64,000 bases of DNA, taken from a virus (lineage: Duplodnaviria > Caudoviricetes). Within the stretch, counting starts at the first letter, position 1. Every line of letters starts with the position of its first letter. The notes under the pieces are model-generated. The model was given only the letters and a program-made list of their open reading frames with translations. It ran no database searches and was not told the DNA's origin. Position numbers and translations under genes: made by a program. Shown here one piece after another: positions 1 through 9,589 of this stretch. Where the stretch lies: positions 16,674 to 80,673 of IMG/VR virus record IMGVR_UViG_3300042339_001064; one strand, written 5' to 3'.

Positions 1-3000
1 GATAGCAATGGTAATACTACAAATTATTATGTTATAAATGAAAATATTCCTTTAGTAGAAGATAATCTTATTTTTTCTTATGAATATATAGATGGTAATG
101 AACCTAAACTTTTAAATAAAAGTATAGTTTTAAATTTTGAAAATTTAGATGTTTTATATCCATATATAAATGTAGGATTTATAAAAACTGTAGGTGGAGT
201 TTCTACTTCTTTTTTATTTAAAAAGAAACAACCAGTAACTTCTGAATTAACTGTAGTTTATGAAGGAGATACTATTTTTACTGAAACTGTAGATATAAGA
301 GAAATCTTAGTTAAAAGAGCATTTTATTTATCTGCTAAAAGTGGATTAATATATAATAATAGATTATTACTGGCAGGAGTTAATGGTAAAAGAAATGTTG
401 ATTATCAACAATATGCAAATGATATTACTGTTAAATATGTAACAGGAAAAATTACTATAAATAAAACTAAAGGTTATAAAAACCCAGAACATGTTATTCA
501 TCACAAATCTTGGATGAGAGATGAAAATTATATGTTAGGTATTGTTTTAGAATTTGAGGATATGTCAGAATCTGCTGTATTTCCTTTAATTAATAAAAAA
601 TATACTCCTTTTCCAAATTGGAATGGAGAAAACCCACAAACTAATGATACAGCATTATGTTGTACAGATAATAGAGTTTATTGGAAAGAAGTTAATACTG
701 CTAAAAGAACTGCATATAATGCATTTGCTAAAAGTCTAAGCACAACAGATTTTTGTTCAGGTACTATTGATAATGATAATAATACTATTCGTTCTGAAGG
801 ATACTTAGGTTATTTTGAATCTGAAGAAAGATACCCTATAATTCCTAGATGTAATGTAGGTCCATTTAATCCTACTACTTATAATGAGAATAATTATATG
901 TATCCTACGGAAGTCATTGGTAACAAATTATATGGCAAACATATTACATTATTTAAAATGCCTGATTCTACTATTGAACCTTTTCATAATAATATAGTAG
1001 ATGATTTTGCTATTGAAGAAAATAAAAATAGATATGATAGTAAATATGATAGTTTAGAAATTTATCCTTTAGGATTAAAACTAGACAATGTTAAAATGCC
1101 TACTTTAGAAGAGACAGGAGGAGTTAGAGTAACAGGTTATAGATTAGTTTATGTAAGAAGAGATGCTTATAATAAATCTATTCAAGCTAAAGGGTTTTTT
1201 GTAGAAACTTTTACCAATGATAAATATGGTACAGAATATATTTTTCCAAAACATAATGTAAACTCTGGTGCTAAATGGGATTACTTTTCAAATCAATATA
1301 ATCCTGATTTAACTACTTCTAATACTGTTACAGATTTTGTAAAACAATGTGGGTATGGTGAACATTATGATAAAGCTTTAATGTTTTATGGAGGAAATAC
1401 TATGGCAGTTCAAGGGGGTATAAATATGAACCATGTTAAAATAGAACAACAATATAATACAACAGGATATTATTTAGATTCTATTGATGGCCAAAATGGT
1501 TACAGATCTTTAGCTAATAGTGGAGATAAAGTTTTAGATACTTCTACCTTTTTAGATAAAGATGGTAGATTAAGAGGAGCTGCTATTCAAATTTATAATA
1601 TGTACAATTATGGATATGTACAATCTGATAATATAAGTATAGATAGAACAAATGGTTATAAAAATAGATCTTTATTTTATAATTTTAAAAATATTTGTGC
1701 AGAAAATTATTCTTATGTAAAAGATAATGTTATTTTAAATAAAATTTTAGGAGCGGAATATTCTCTTGTAAATTTTTATAGAGAAAGTGGAGTTTTTGTT
1801 TTATTAAATAAACCAACAGATTTATCTTTTAATCATAATGGAAATTTTTTTAATTCAGATACTAGTGCTAAAAAATGCAATTGTACTACATTAACAACTA
1901 ATAAAATTTTCTTTGAACTAGATGTACCTGTAGTTTTAACTACAGCAACAATTTCATCAGATTACTTAACAAGTCCAACCACTTTTCCAACTGCTTTAAC
2001 AGGTTATCCTAATAATACTGAATTTACTATTATTAACACAGGAGGGGTTTCTCCATTTGATGCAGGAGATAAATATAAATGGAATTCAGTTGCAAATAGA
2101 TTAGAAAAAACTTCAAATTTTTATAATCCAGTACCAGCAACCCCTGTGCCTTCTACAGGTTTTGCAACTTTAAGATTTAGAACAGAGACATGGATTAACC
2201 AAACTTTTACAGTTGCAGAAACTAGTGGTCCTCCTTGGGGAACTCTTGTAAATTATTCTAATCCTGCATTTCCTGTCGGATCAGTTTTAACTATAACAAA
2301 TAATCCTGGGGGTGCTTTTACTAATGGTATGGTTTTTTCTGTAGTTAGTACCACTCAAATAAGATGGTTAGCACCTTTTGGAGGTTCTTTTTCAAATGGA
2401 ACAGCATCTTCAACTGTTTCTTTTACAGCTACAAGTCCTTCAGGAAATAGTGAACAATATTTTTTTGAAAATTATTTAGATAATGCAACTTCTAATAATA
2501 TATTAAATAGTTGTAATGAGGGTTATATTTATTATGGTTCCTTAAAAAATAATCTTCCTAGACAATATGGAGCAATACAAGATATGTTTTTTATTGATAC
2601 AGGATTAAAAGCTTGTGCTGGTCAAACAAGTGTTACAGGTTTTTATGGAGATAGTTTTATTAACACTTTTTCTTTTATTAGAACAGGTGTTACAGGAATG
2701 TTAGAAGATTCTTATATTAATGATAGTATAGGAGCTAAGTGGATGACAAAATTTGATCCAACTTTTAGAATTCAAAATATTATAGCTAACAATAAAGGTT
2801 ATTTACTTTCATTATATTTAATACAAAAAGCTAATGTAACTCTTATTAATTCTGTAATGGAATCTGATTATAATTTAGATTTAAGATATGAAGGACCTAC
2901 ATTTAATGAAATTTATTACCCTAAATTAGCTAATGGAAAATATAAATTATTTTCTAGTAAAACAAGAGAATATGCAGAAGATTGTTTTTTAAATAGTTAT

Positions 3001-4401
3001 TTTTATCAAATTATTTGTGCTCAAGATGGAGATAATTGTGCTAATTATTCTATGTTTGTAGAGTATGATGATTCTTTTAGAAATTTTCATGATAATATTA
3101 TTCTTATGAATAATGATTATAATGAATTAAATGGATTAAGATTTAACATATTTAAACCTATAGATGAAACTTATAAAACTTGCGAATGTGATAATCAATA
3201 TGATAATAGAATTATAGTTTCTACTGCAGATAATCCTGCTGTACCAGAAAGTGGATTCTCTAAATTTTTAGCTAACAATTTTATAACAGTACCTGCTGCA
3301 TATGGAAATATTACAAATCTTTTACAAGAAAGTAATATTATATATGCTCACACTACAGATACTATGTGGAAAATACAAGTATTAGAATCTCAATTACAAG
3401 CTAATAATAATACTATATATGTTGGAACAAGTGATATATTAAGTACTCAACCTTTAAACTTATTTATATCTAATGAAGGATATATGGGTTTACAAGATAA
3501 AAGATTTACTTTTCAAAATAATTATGGCTACTTTTTTGTTGATCTAAAAAATCAAAGTATAAACTTATTGTCAGGAGGAAAACTAGATGCTATTTCTACT
3601 TATGGTATGAATAGTTTCTTTAAAAATAATTTTAATGCTTATTATAATTCTTATAGTCCATTATTACCTTTGGCTGATATAGATATTACTTTTGGTTTTG
3701 ATTATAGACATAAAAGATTATTATTTACAGATCGTAATAATGATTATACCATTTCTTATTATCCAGAAGATAAAGCATTTTATTCTTTTCATTCTTATAA
3801 GCCAATAGCTTACTTACAAAATAGAGATACATTCTTTACTCAAGATGAAGATTATAAATTATATTTACATGAAGATAACTTTAATTCTTATAGAAAATTC
3901 TATGGAGTTAATTATCCTTCAATGGTAGATGCAGTATTTACATATCATCCTTTAATTTACACTACATTACAAAATGTAGGAATTAAAATGGATTGTTATA
4001 AAAATGTAAATAACCAACTTATCTTAGTAGATGAACCCCCTACAAGTATTTCAGTTTGGACTGATAGACAACATAGTGGAGAAGTAATGTTAAAGACTCC
4101 TATTAATGCTAATTACATGAAGAATGTTGTATTAAATAATCAACCACATAACATTATTAATGGTACTATATTTTGTAACAGTTTAATGAACTATGTAGTT
4201 GACAGTAATTTAAATTTCTTAGTAGGAGATATTTTTCCTTACCCTAACTCAAATGTTTCATTATCAAAGGATTGGACAAAAATTGATAGATTAGAAAATG
4301 GATATTTTAATTATAGAGTTAATGTAGATAATAAAGAATTAGAAAACTTAAAATTTATACTTAAATTTACACTCCTCAATTACAATATATCCATGCGTTA
4401 A
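1..4401 (+). CDS. Tail stabilization / muzzle-like virion protein (5'-truncated; frame is open from base 1)
   Basis: Frame 1 has no stop from base 1 (DSNGNTTNYY...) to TAA at 4399-4401, so the ATG at 514 is internal. Beta-rich sequence, with C-terminal motifs 'ISTYGMNSFFK', 'GFDYRHKRLLFT' and 'TISYY...FYSFHSYKP' resembling P22 gp10-like/crAss tail stabilization proteins. Located just upstream of the cargo genes, as in crAss-like phages. Confidence 0.65.
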   Translation, partial: DSNGNTTNYYVINENIPLVEDNLIFSYEYIDGNEPKLLNKSIVLNFENLDVLYPYINVGFIKTVGGVSTSFLFKKKQPVTSELTVVYEGDTIFTETVDIREILVKRAFYLSAKSGLIYNNRLLLAGVNGKRNVDYQQYANDITVKYVTGKITINKTKGYKNPEHVIHHKSWMRDENYMLGIVLEFEDMSESAVFPLINKKYTPFPNWNGENPQTNDTALCCTDNRVYWKEVNTAKRTAYNAFAKSLSTTDFCSGTIDNDNNTIRSEGYLGYFESEERYPIIPRCNVGPFNPTTYNENNYMYPTEVIGNKLYGKHITLFKMPDSTIEPFHNNIVDDFAIEENKNRYDSKYDSLEIYPLGLKLDNVKMPTLEETGGVRVTGYRLVYVRRDAYNKSIQAKGFFVETFTNDKYGTEYIFPKHNVNSGAKWDYFSNQYNPDLTTSNTVTDFVKQCGYGEHYDKALMFYGGNTMAVQGGINMNHVKIEQQYNTTGYYLDSIDGQNGYRSLANSGDKVLDTSTFLDKDGRLRGAAIQIYNMYNYGYVQSDNISIDRTNGYKNRSLFYNFKNICAENYSYVKDNVILNKILGAEYSLVNFYRESGVFVLLNKPTDLSFNHNGNFFNSDTSAKKCNCTTLTTNKIFFELDVPVVLTTATISSDYLTSPTTFPTALTGYPNNTEFTIINTGGVSPFDAGDKYKWNSVANRLEKTSNFYNPVPATPVPSTGFATLRFRTETWINQTFTVAETSGPPWGTLVNYSNPAFPVGSVLTITNNPGGAFTNGMVFSVVSTTQIRWLAPFGGSFSNGTASSTVSFTATSPSGNSEQYFFENYLDNATSNNILNSCNEGYIYYGSLKNNLPRQYGAIQDMFFIDTGLKACAGQTSVTGFYGDSFINTFSFIRTGVTGMLEDSYINDSIGAKWMTKFDPTFRIQNIIANNKGYLLSLYLIQKANVTLINSVMESDYNLDLRYEGPTFNEIYYPKLANGKYKLFSSKTREYAEDCFLNSYFYQIICAQDGDNCANYSMFVEYDDSFRNFHDNIILMNNDYNELNGLRFNIFKPIDETYKTCECDNQYDNRIIVSTADNPAVPESGFSKFLANNFITVPAAYGNITNLLQESNIIYAHTTDTMWKIQVLESQLQANNNTIYVGTSDILSTQPLNLFISNEGYMGLQDKRFTFQNNYGYFFVDLKNQSINLLSGGKLDAISTYGMNSFFKNNFNAYYNSYSPLLPLADIDITFGFDYRHKRLLFTDRNNDYTISYYPEDKAFYSFHSYKPIAYLQNRDTFFTQDEDYKLYLHEDNFNSYRKFYGVNYPSMVDAVFTYHPLIYTTLQNVGIKMDCYKNVNNQLILVDEPPTSISVWTDRQHSGEVMLKTPINANYMKNVVLNNQPHNIINGTIFCNSLMNYVVDSNLNFLVGDIFPYPNSNVSLSKDWTKIDRLENGYFNYRVNVDNKELENLKFILKFTLLNYNISMR

Positions 4402-7400
4402 TGGCTAAAGGTAAAAATAAACTTAATAAAACTAATTCTTCAGGGTGGTTGGATAACTACTCTGAGGAATTTTCTATTAGTAAATATGCTGATGGAGATA
4501 GAGTTATTGACCCTTTACTTTCTCCTGGACAGCTAGCTCAACTAAATAAATTAAAAGAATTATCAAAAAAACTTCCAAAAGATGAAGAAATTCTTTTAAA
4601 ACAAATGCAAAATAAAAGAGCTCAAGATAAATTATCTGTTTCAAAAGAAAAAACTACTTCTGATAAATTAAAAAAGCTTGTTAGAGAGCCTGTTACTACA
4701 TTAGCAGACCAAGCTGAATATAATAATTTTGATTTATTATTTGGTATTCCAGGAAGAGTAGGTACAGGTATATATAGTACTGTTGGTAATTTATTAACTC
4801 CTTCTACTTATCCTATATTAGGAAAAGGTGCGGTTAATTTAGTTAGTAATGCTTTAACAGATGAAAATGTTTATGAGGGAGTTAATGAAGATGCTAGTAG
4901 AATATTAGGAGAAGGGTTAGATATTTTAGATATAATGGATATGGGAGTGGCTTTAAAGTCTTTGCCTTATTTAAATAAATATATACCTAACCCTAAACAA
5001 CTATCTAGTTCTAGTATAATTTCTTCTGTAGCTGATGTAAGTGATAAACTTTTAAAAAAACAATCAGTACAAAAATTTTTAAAAACCCCTCGTTTTGATT
5101 TAGGTCGTAAAGAGTTTTTACCAGAATCTTTATCTTTTGATTATCAAGATTTAGGTGATGAAAATTTTGCTGTTTTATTAAAAGACCCTAATAATAAAAT
5201 CCAAGCAAATCTTTCTTTATTTAAAGAATATGAAGAATGGTATAAGCCTAGAATGATTACAGTAAAAGAAAATCTTCAAGGACATAAAATACAAGATCTT
5301 TTATATCAAAAAGGTATTGAAGAAGTTAGAAAAAAAGGCTTAAAAGGTATTAGAAGTGGGGATTATTTAATGGAACCAGAAAAAACTATAAAAGCTCAAA
5401 ATAGATTTATTAAAGAAAATTTACTGCCTGATGCTAGTACACAAAATAAAAATTTACCTATAGTAGGATTATTAAACCATAAAAATCCAAATTTATATGA
5501 AGATTTTTTTGCATATTATGCTACTATACCTAAAGAAATAAAATATAAACATTCTATAAAAGAATTGTATGATAGTTTTAAAAATATACTGCTAGGTAAT
5601 AAATCTACAAAAGCTATAGAGTATTTAAATGGAGGAGAAATAAATCAATATGAAGATGGAGGCAAAGTTAAAGATAAAAAAAGCACATTATCTAAATTAA
5701 AAAAAGCCTTATCTTTAAAAGAAAACTTAGGTAACTTAGATACTAAAGAAGGATACTTTACTCCTTTAAACCAACTTTTAAAAACAGCAGTTGGTATAGA
5801 AGGAAAAGATTATAGTAATGAACCTATGGAACCTCTTGCTAGAGAGCAAGATGCTCTTAGAATGTATTTAGGGTTGCCTTCTAAAACAGGAGCATTTGAG
5901 CAAACTGCTCCAAATAAATATAGAATAAGAGATTATAATAAACTTTATCCTGACACTCTTTTATCTGATGAAGCTGTAAGAAATTGGGGAGTACCTAATG
6001 AAGATGGAGTACCTGACCCTGTTAACCCAGCATTTGATTTATATCCTTATGATGATTTTGTTATGGGAAAACATTATGTAACTAAAGGTAAAGATGCTAA
6101 AGGAGAATATTTAAAATATTCAGATAGATTTGATTTTGATCCTACAAGATATGCAAATCAGTTTATTGATAAAAATTTCAATCCAAGTGTAGGTAAATAT
6201 TTAAAAAAAGCAACTCCCGTTTTAGATAAATTAGAAAGTTTAATGTTTAACCCTTTTGAACTAGAAGATAAAATTTATTATGACCCTAAAACAAAATTAA
6301 GGTCTGATATTATTTTACAACAAAATGCACCAAAAGTATATCCTGGACAACCAATGGCTACTCCACCAGAGTTTGCTGATGGAGGAAAAGTAAATGCCCC
6401 TATTTATGTAGATAATCGTAATGATCCTAGATTAAAGAAGTATCAGGATAGCTTGGCTTTATTTAACGCATCCAATATGGGCAGAGTGAATAGTTTGTTA
6501 AAACAGGGGTATAAGTACGACACAAAGGGTTCTGTTAAAAATAATAGAGAACTTACTCCGTCTCAGAAAAAGCAATATCAAAAAGCAATGGGAGTTAATC
6601 CAAATAAGTTTTTACAGAATATAATTCAAGATGGAAACGATGGGATAAAGGATAATCGAGTAGGGGGTAAAAAAGATTTAAAAAAACAGGCTGAATTAAT
6701 GCATGGGCAAATAGCTCCTATAGAAATGGCTGATTTGTTCGATAGTTTATGGAGAAATTCAGAATATTTAAAAGGGGACTTAAAAAATCCAATGCCAGGA
6801 TTTGATAAAACTGATAAAACTTACAGAAAAAACCCTAATTATGGGAAGCCTTTAGCAAAAGATAAGGAGGGAGAAGTTATTAGAAATTTCTTTTCTGTGC
6901 CTATTTACAAAAAGCCAGTTCAACCAGTTATTTTAAATGTAGGGGATAACTCTACAATAAACACAACTAAAGGAAAAGTAAATGGCAAAGTTGCTCCAAA
7001 CGATGTAAAAGGCTCCAAATTAATACAAGTTAGAAAGGAAATAAAGCCAGAAAACACTAATTTCAACGTAAATGTAAACGGAGAATTTAGCACTCCAGAA
7101 GATTATGTGGAGTCAGTAGTTGAACAAATGCCTATTCAGCAAACTCCAGATTTCAGAAAATACCTACAACCAAGAGGATTTTCAAGACAAGGACAAAGCG
7201 GAGAAAGACAAGGTGAAAGTTTTTATGATGCTAATGGGAAAATGACAGGGCAAATAATTAATGGGCAATATGTCCCTACGGAATATGGAAAGTTTCTTGA
7301 AAGTGGAATGTCGGAAGATGAATATTTAAATCAAATACAAGCATTTGCAAAAGGAGGAAAAATAAATGACGATAAGGGTTATTTAATATCTAACCTAAAT

Positions 7401-9578
7401 AATTTTACACCTAAAAAAATAATTAATAGTAATTATATAACTACTAATAATATGGCTTTTCCAGTAGAAGCTAATGGAGTAGTTTTATACCCAAATACAG
7501 GAGACTATGTATTTTCTACAGATAAAGTAACAGAGATACCTATAATAAAAAATGGAGGAAAAATAAATAATGATATGAAGAAACCAACAAAAATGTTACC
7601 TAAAGGGGAAAACGCAAAAAATCCTATAAAAACAGTACGAAAAGTTTTACCAGAAGTAATTATAACTCCTGAAAAAAATAACACAAACAATGAAGCTGAC
7701 TGGATGGATTATTTGTCAGATGCAGGTCTAGTAGCTCAACTAGCAGGAATAGGGGCTTCTACTACAGGAGTAGGAATATTAGCTGGAGGCCCCTTAGCTT
7801 TAGCAGGATATGCAATGGGAATGCCTGATGCAATAAGAGATACTTACAATGCATATAATGAAGGTAATTATGGAGATGCAGCTTTAAGTGCTACTGGTTT
7901 AATTCCAGGGATAAGGGTATTAAACAAACTTACTAGATTGCAAAAAGCATCTGATTTAGTAAATAAAGCTAATAAATTTAATAAAGGTATGGCAGGTGTA
8001 AATGCAGTAGAAACTGCAGTGGATAGATACCAAAACCCTTATTTTAAATATCAAGGAGGAGGATACCTTAACTATCAAGATAGTTATAAAGGTTTTGGAG
8101 TAGGTCCTCAATTATATCAAGATAATAGTTACTTTAGATCTGTTATGCCTACTAACATTGAAAATATGGAAGAGGAAATTAACAAGCCAAGTGTATTTTC
8201 AGGAATTAATGATGTTCTTGGTGCTGTTAATCAAGGAGTTAGTCAAGCAACAGGATTACTAAGTCAGTTTGGTAATATGTCTGGAAATATGCCTCAAATA
8301 ATGCCTGATATAAGTAATTGGCAAGCACCAGGTACTGCTCCAAAAACAAATGAGCAATTAAATTTTGAAAATAGTGATGCTTATTTAAATTGGCAAAATG
8401 ACCAAAAATTAAAACAAGCAGGGTTATTTGATTCTTTTTATTCAAATCAAAATACTCAAACAGGTACAGGATTTATGGGAAATACTCCTACTGTTAAAAC
8501 TGTTCCTTCTCCTAATAATTTTAATTGGAATATTAATACTCCTTCATTTAATCTTCCTACAGGTAAAAATGGAGGGTATTTAAAAAAATATCAAAATGGA
8601 GGAATGATGGATATGCTACCTGTAGGGTTTCCTGAATATATACATAAAAGTAATGTATTTCATGAAAATTATAATCCTGTTCCTAGAGTACACTTTAGTG
8701 ATGATACTACTCCTTATGATATGGGAGTTAATCTAAATGATTTAGTAAACATGAATGGGGGCAGAATAAATAAATATCAATATGGGGGAATGATGCCTTT
8801 TTATTCTAGACAAAGAAGCCCTAGGGTATTTAATAGTAATGCTAATAGAGCTTCAGCAGCTGATTTAGAGTCAGCATATGCTAATGATTTTATGCATACA
8901 AAAGTAAGAAAAGATAGACAATCTTTTGAAGATGATAAAGTAGATTGGGGTTTTATGGATTGGGCTAAAGAACCTGTCGGTGCTTTAACAGGTGTATTAA
9001 GTACAGTACCTATTGTAGGAGATATTACCCAAAGTGCATTAGGAGATTCATTCTTAACTAGAACAGGTGGTTATGCAGTAGGTAAAGGAGTTGGAAATGT
9101 AGGAATGGGTGCTGCAAAAGTTATTGGTGGTGCTGCTACAGGAAATGTAGGAATGATTGGTAGTGGTATTGGAGATGTAGGAGAAGGAGTAGGCAGCACT
9201 GTTGGAACTTTTCAAGCTAAAGATGCATTATCTAATTATGATAAATCAGGATATGTTTCAGGTAATAGAATGGTTAATGCTTCGCAAGACTTTGGAAATA
9301 TGATGGATACTGCTTCAGGTTTATTTGGAAATATTAAAGGGGGAGTAGGAATGGTTAAAAATATGGGCGGATTAAAAGGTATGCTGGGCAACATGAAAGG
9401 GGGCGCAACAGGTGCAAAAGGATTTGGAAACATTATGGGTAAAATAACAGGATTTGGGCAAGATGGTGGCTATATTGATTATGACTTTAATAATATAGAA
9501 GAGTATAAATATGGTGGCAAAGTTTTTCAAAAAATTAATAAAAAACAAAATAAAGCTGGTTGGTTAGACCAACTATAA
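4401..9578 (+). CDS. Modular virion cargo (ejected) protein with repeated phi-x-x-GG motifs; contains GNAT-like and glycine-rich membrane modules
   Basis: 1725-aa ORF, TAATG-coupled to the upstream gene. No Cys seen. About 13 [YF]xxGG-type motifs, Gly-zipper hydrophobic segments, and a GNAT-like motif A 'ITVKENLQGHKIQDLLY'. Confidence 0.6.
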   Translation: MAKGKNKLNKTNSSGWLDNYSEEFSISKYADGDRVIDPLLSPGQLAQLNKLKELSKKLPKDEEILLKQMQNKRAQDKLSVSKEKTTSDKLKKLVREPVTTLADQAEYNNFDLLFGIPGRVGTGIYSTVGNLLTPSTYPILGKGAVNLVSNALTDENVYEGVNEDASRILGEGLDILDIMDMGVALKSLPYLNKYIPNPKQLSSSSIISSVADVSDKLLKKQSVQKFLKTPRFDLGRKEFLPESLSFDYQDLGDENFAVLLKDPNNKIQANLSLFKEYEEWYKPRMITVKENLQGHKIQDLLYQKGIEEVRKKGLKGIRSGDYLMEPEKTIKAQNRFIKENLLPDASTQNKNLPIVGLLNHKNPNLYEDFFAYYATIPKEIKYKHSIKELYDSFKNILLGNKSTKAIEYLNGGEINQYEDGGKVKDKKSTLSKLKKALSLKENLGNLDTKEGYFTPLNQLLKTAVGIEGKDYSNEPMEPLAREQDALRMYLGLPSKTGAFEQTAPNKYRIRDYNKLYPDTLLSDEAVRNWGVPNEDGVPDPVNPAFDLYPYDDFVMGKHYVTKGKDAKGEYLKYSDRFDFDPTRYANQFIDKNFNPSVGKYLKKATPVLDKLESLMFNPFELEDKIYYDPKTKLRSDIILQQNAPKVYPGQPMATPPEFADGGKVNAPIYVDNRNDPRLKKYQDSLALFNASNMGRVNSLLKQGYKYDTKGSVKNNRELTPSQKKQYQKAMGVNPNKFLQNIIQDGNDGIKDNRVGGKKDLKKQAELMHGQIAPIEMADLFDSLWRNSEYLKGDLKNPMPGFDKTDKTYRKNPNYGKPLAKDKEGEVIRNFFSVPIYKKPVQPVILNVGDNSTINTTKGKVNGKVAPNDVKGSKLIQVRKEIKPENTNFNVNVNGEFSTPEDYVESVVEQMPIQQTPDFRKYLQPRGFSRQGQSGERQGESFYDANGKMTGQIINGQYVPTEYGKFLESGMSEDEYLNQIQAFAKGGKINDDKGYLISNLNNFTPKKIINSNYITTNNMAFPVEANGVVLYPNTGDYVFSTDKVTEIPIIKNGGKINNDMKKPTKMLPKGENAKNPIKTVRKVLPEVIITPEKNNTNNEADWMDYLSDAGLVAQLAGIGASTTGVGILAGGPLALAGYAMGMPDAIRDTYNAYNEGNYGDAALSATGLIPGIRVLNKLTRLQKASDLVNKANKFNKGMAGVNAVETAVDRYQNPYFKYQGGGYLNYQDSYKGFGVGPQLYQDNSYFRSVMPTNIENMEEEINKPSVFSGINDVLGAVNQGVSQATGLLSQFGNMSGNMPQIMPDISNWQAPGTAPKTNEQLNFENSDAYLNWQNDQKLKQAGLFDSFYSNQNTQTGTGFMGNTPTVKTVPSPNNFNWNINTPSFNLPTGKNGGYLKKYQNGGMMDMLPVGFPEYIHKSNVFHENYNPVPRVHFSDDTTPYDMGVNLNDLVNMNGGRINKYQYGGMMPFYSRQRSPRVFNSNANRASAADLESAYANDFMHTKVRKDRQSFEDDKVDWGFMDWAKEPVGALTGVLSTVPIVGDITQSALGDSFLTRTGGYAVGKGVGNVGMGAAKVIGGAATGNVGMIGSGIGDVGEGVGSTVGTFQAKDALSNYDKSGYVSGNRMVNASQDFGNMMDTASGLFGNIKGGVGMVKNMGGLKGMLGNMKGGATGAKGFGNIMGKITGFGQDGGYIDYDFNNIEEYKYGGKVFQKINKKQNKAGWLDQL

Positions 9579-9589
9579 ACATATAAATT

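Noticed and set aside
514-516. ATG at 514 as the true start of the first gene
   Set aside because: The reading frame is open and coding-like from base 1, so the gene begins upstream of the window.
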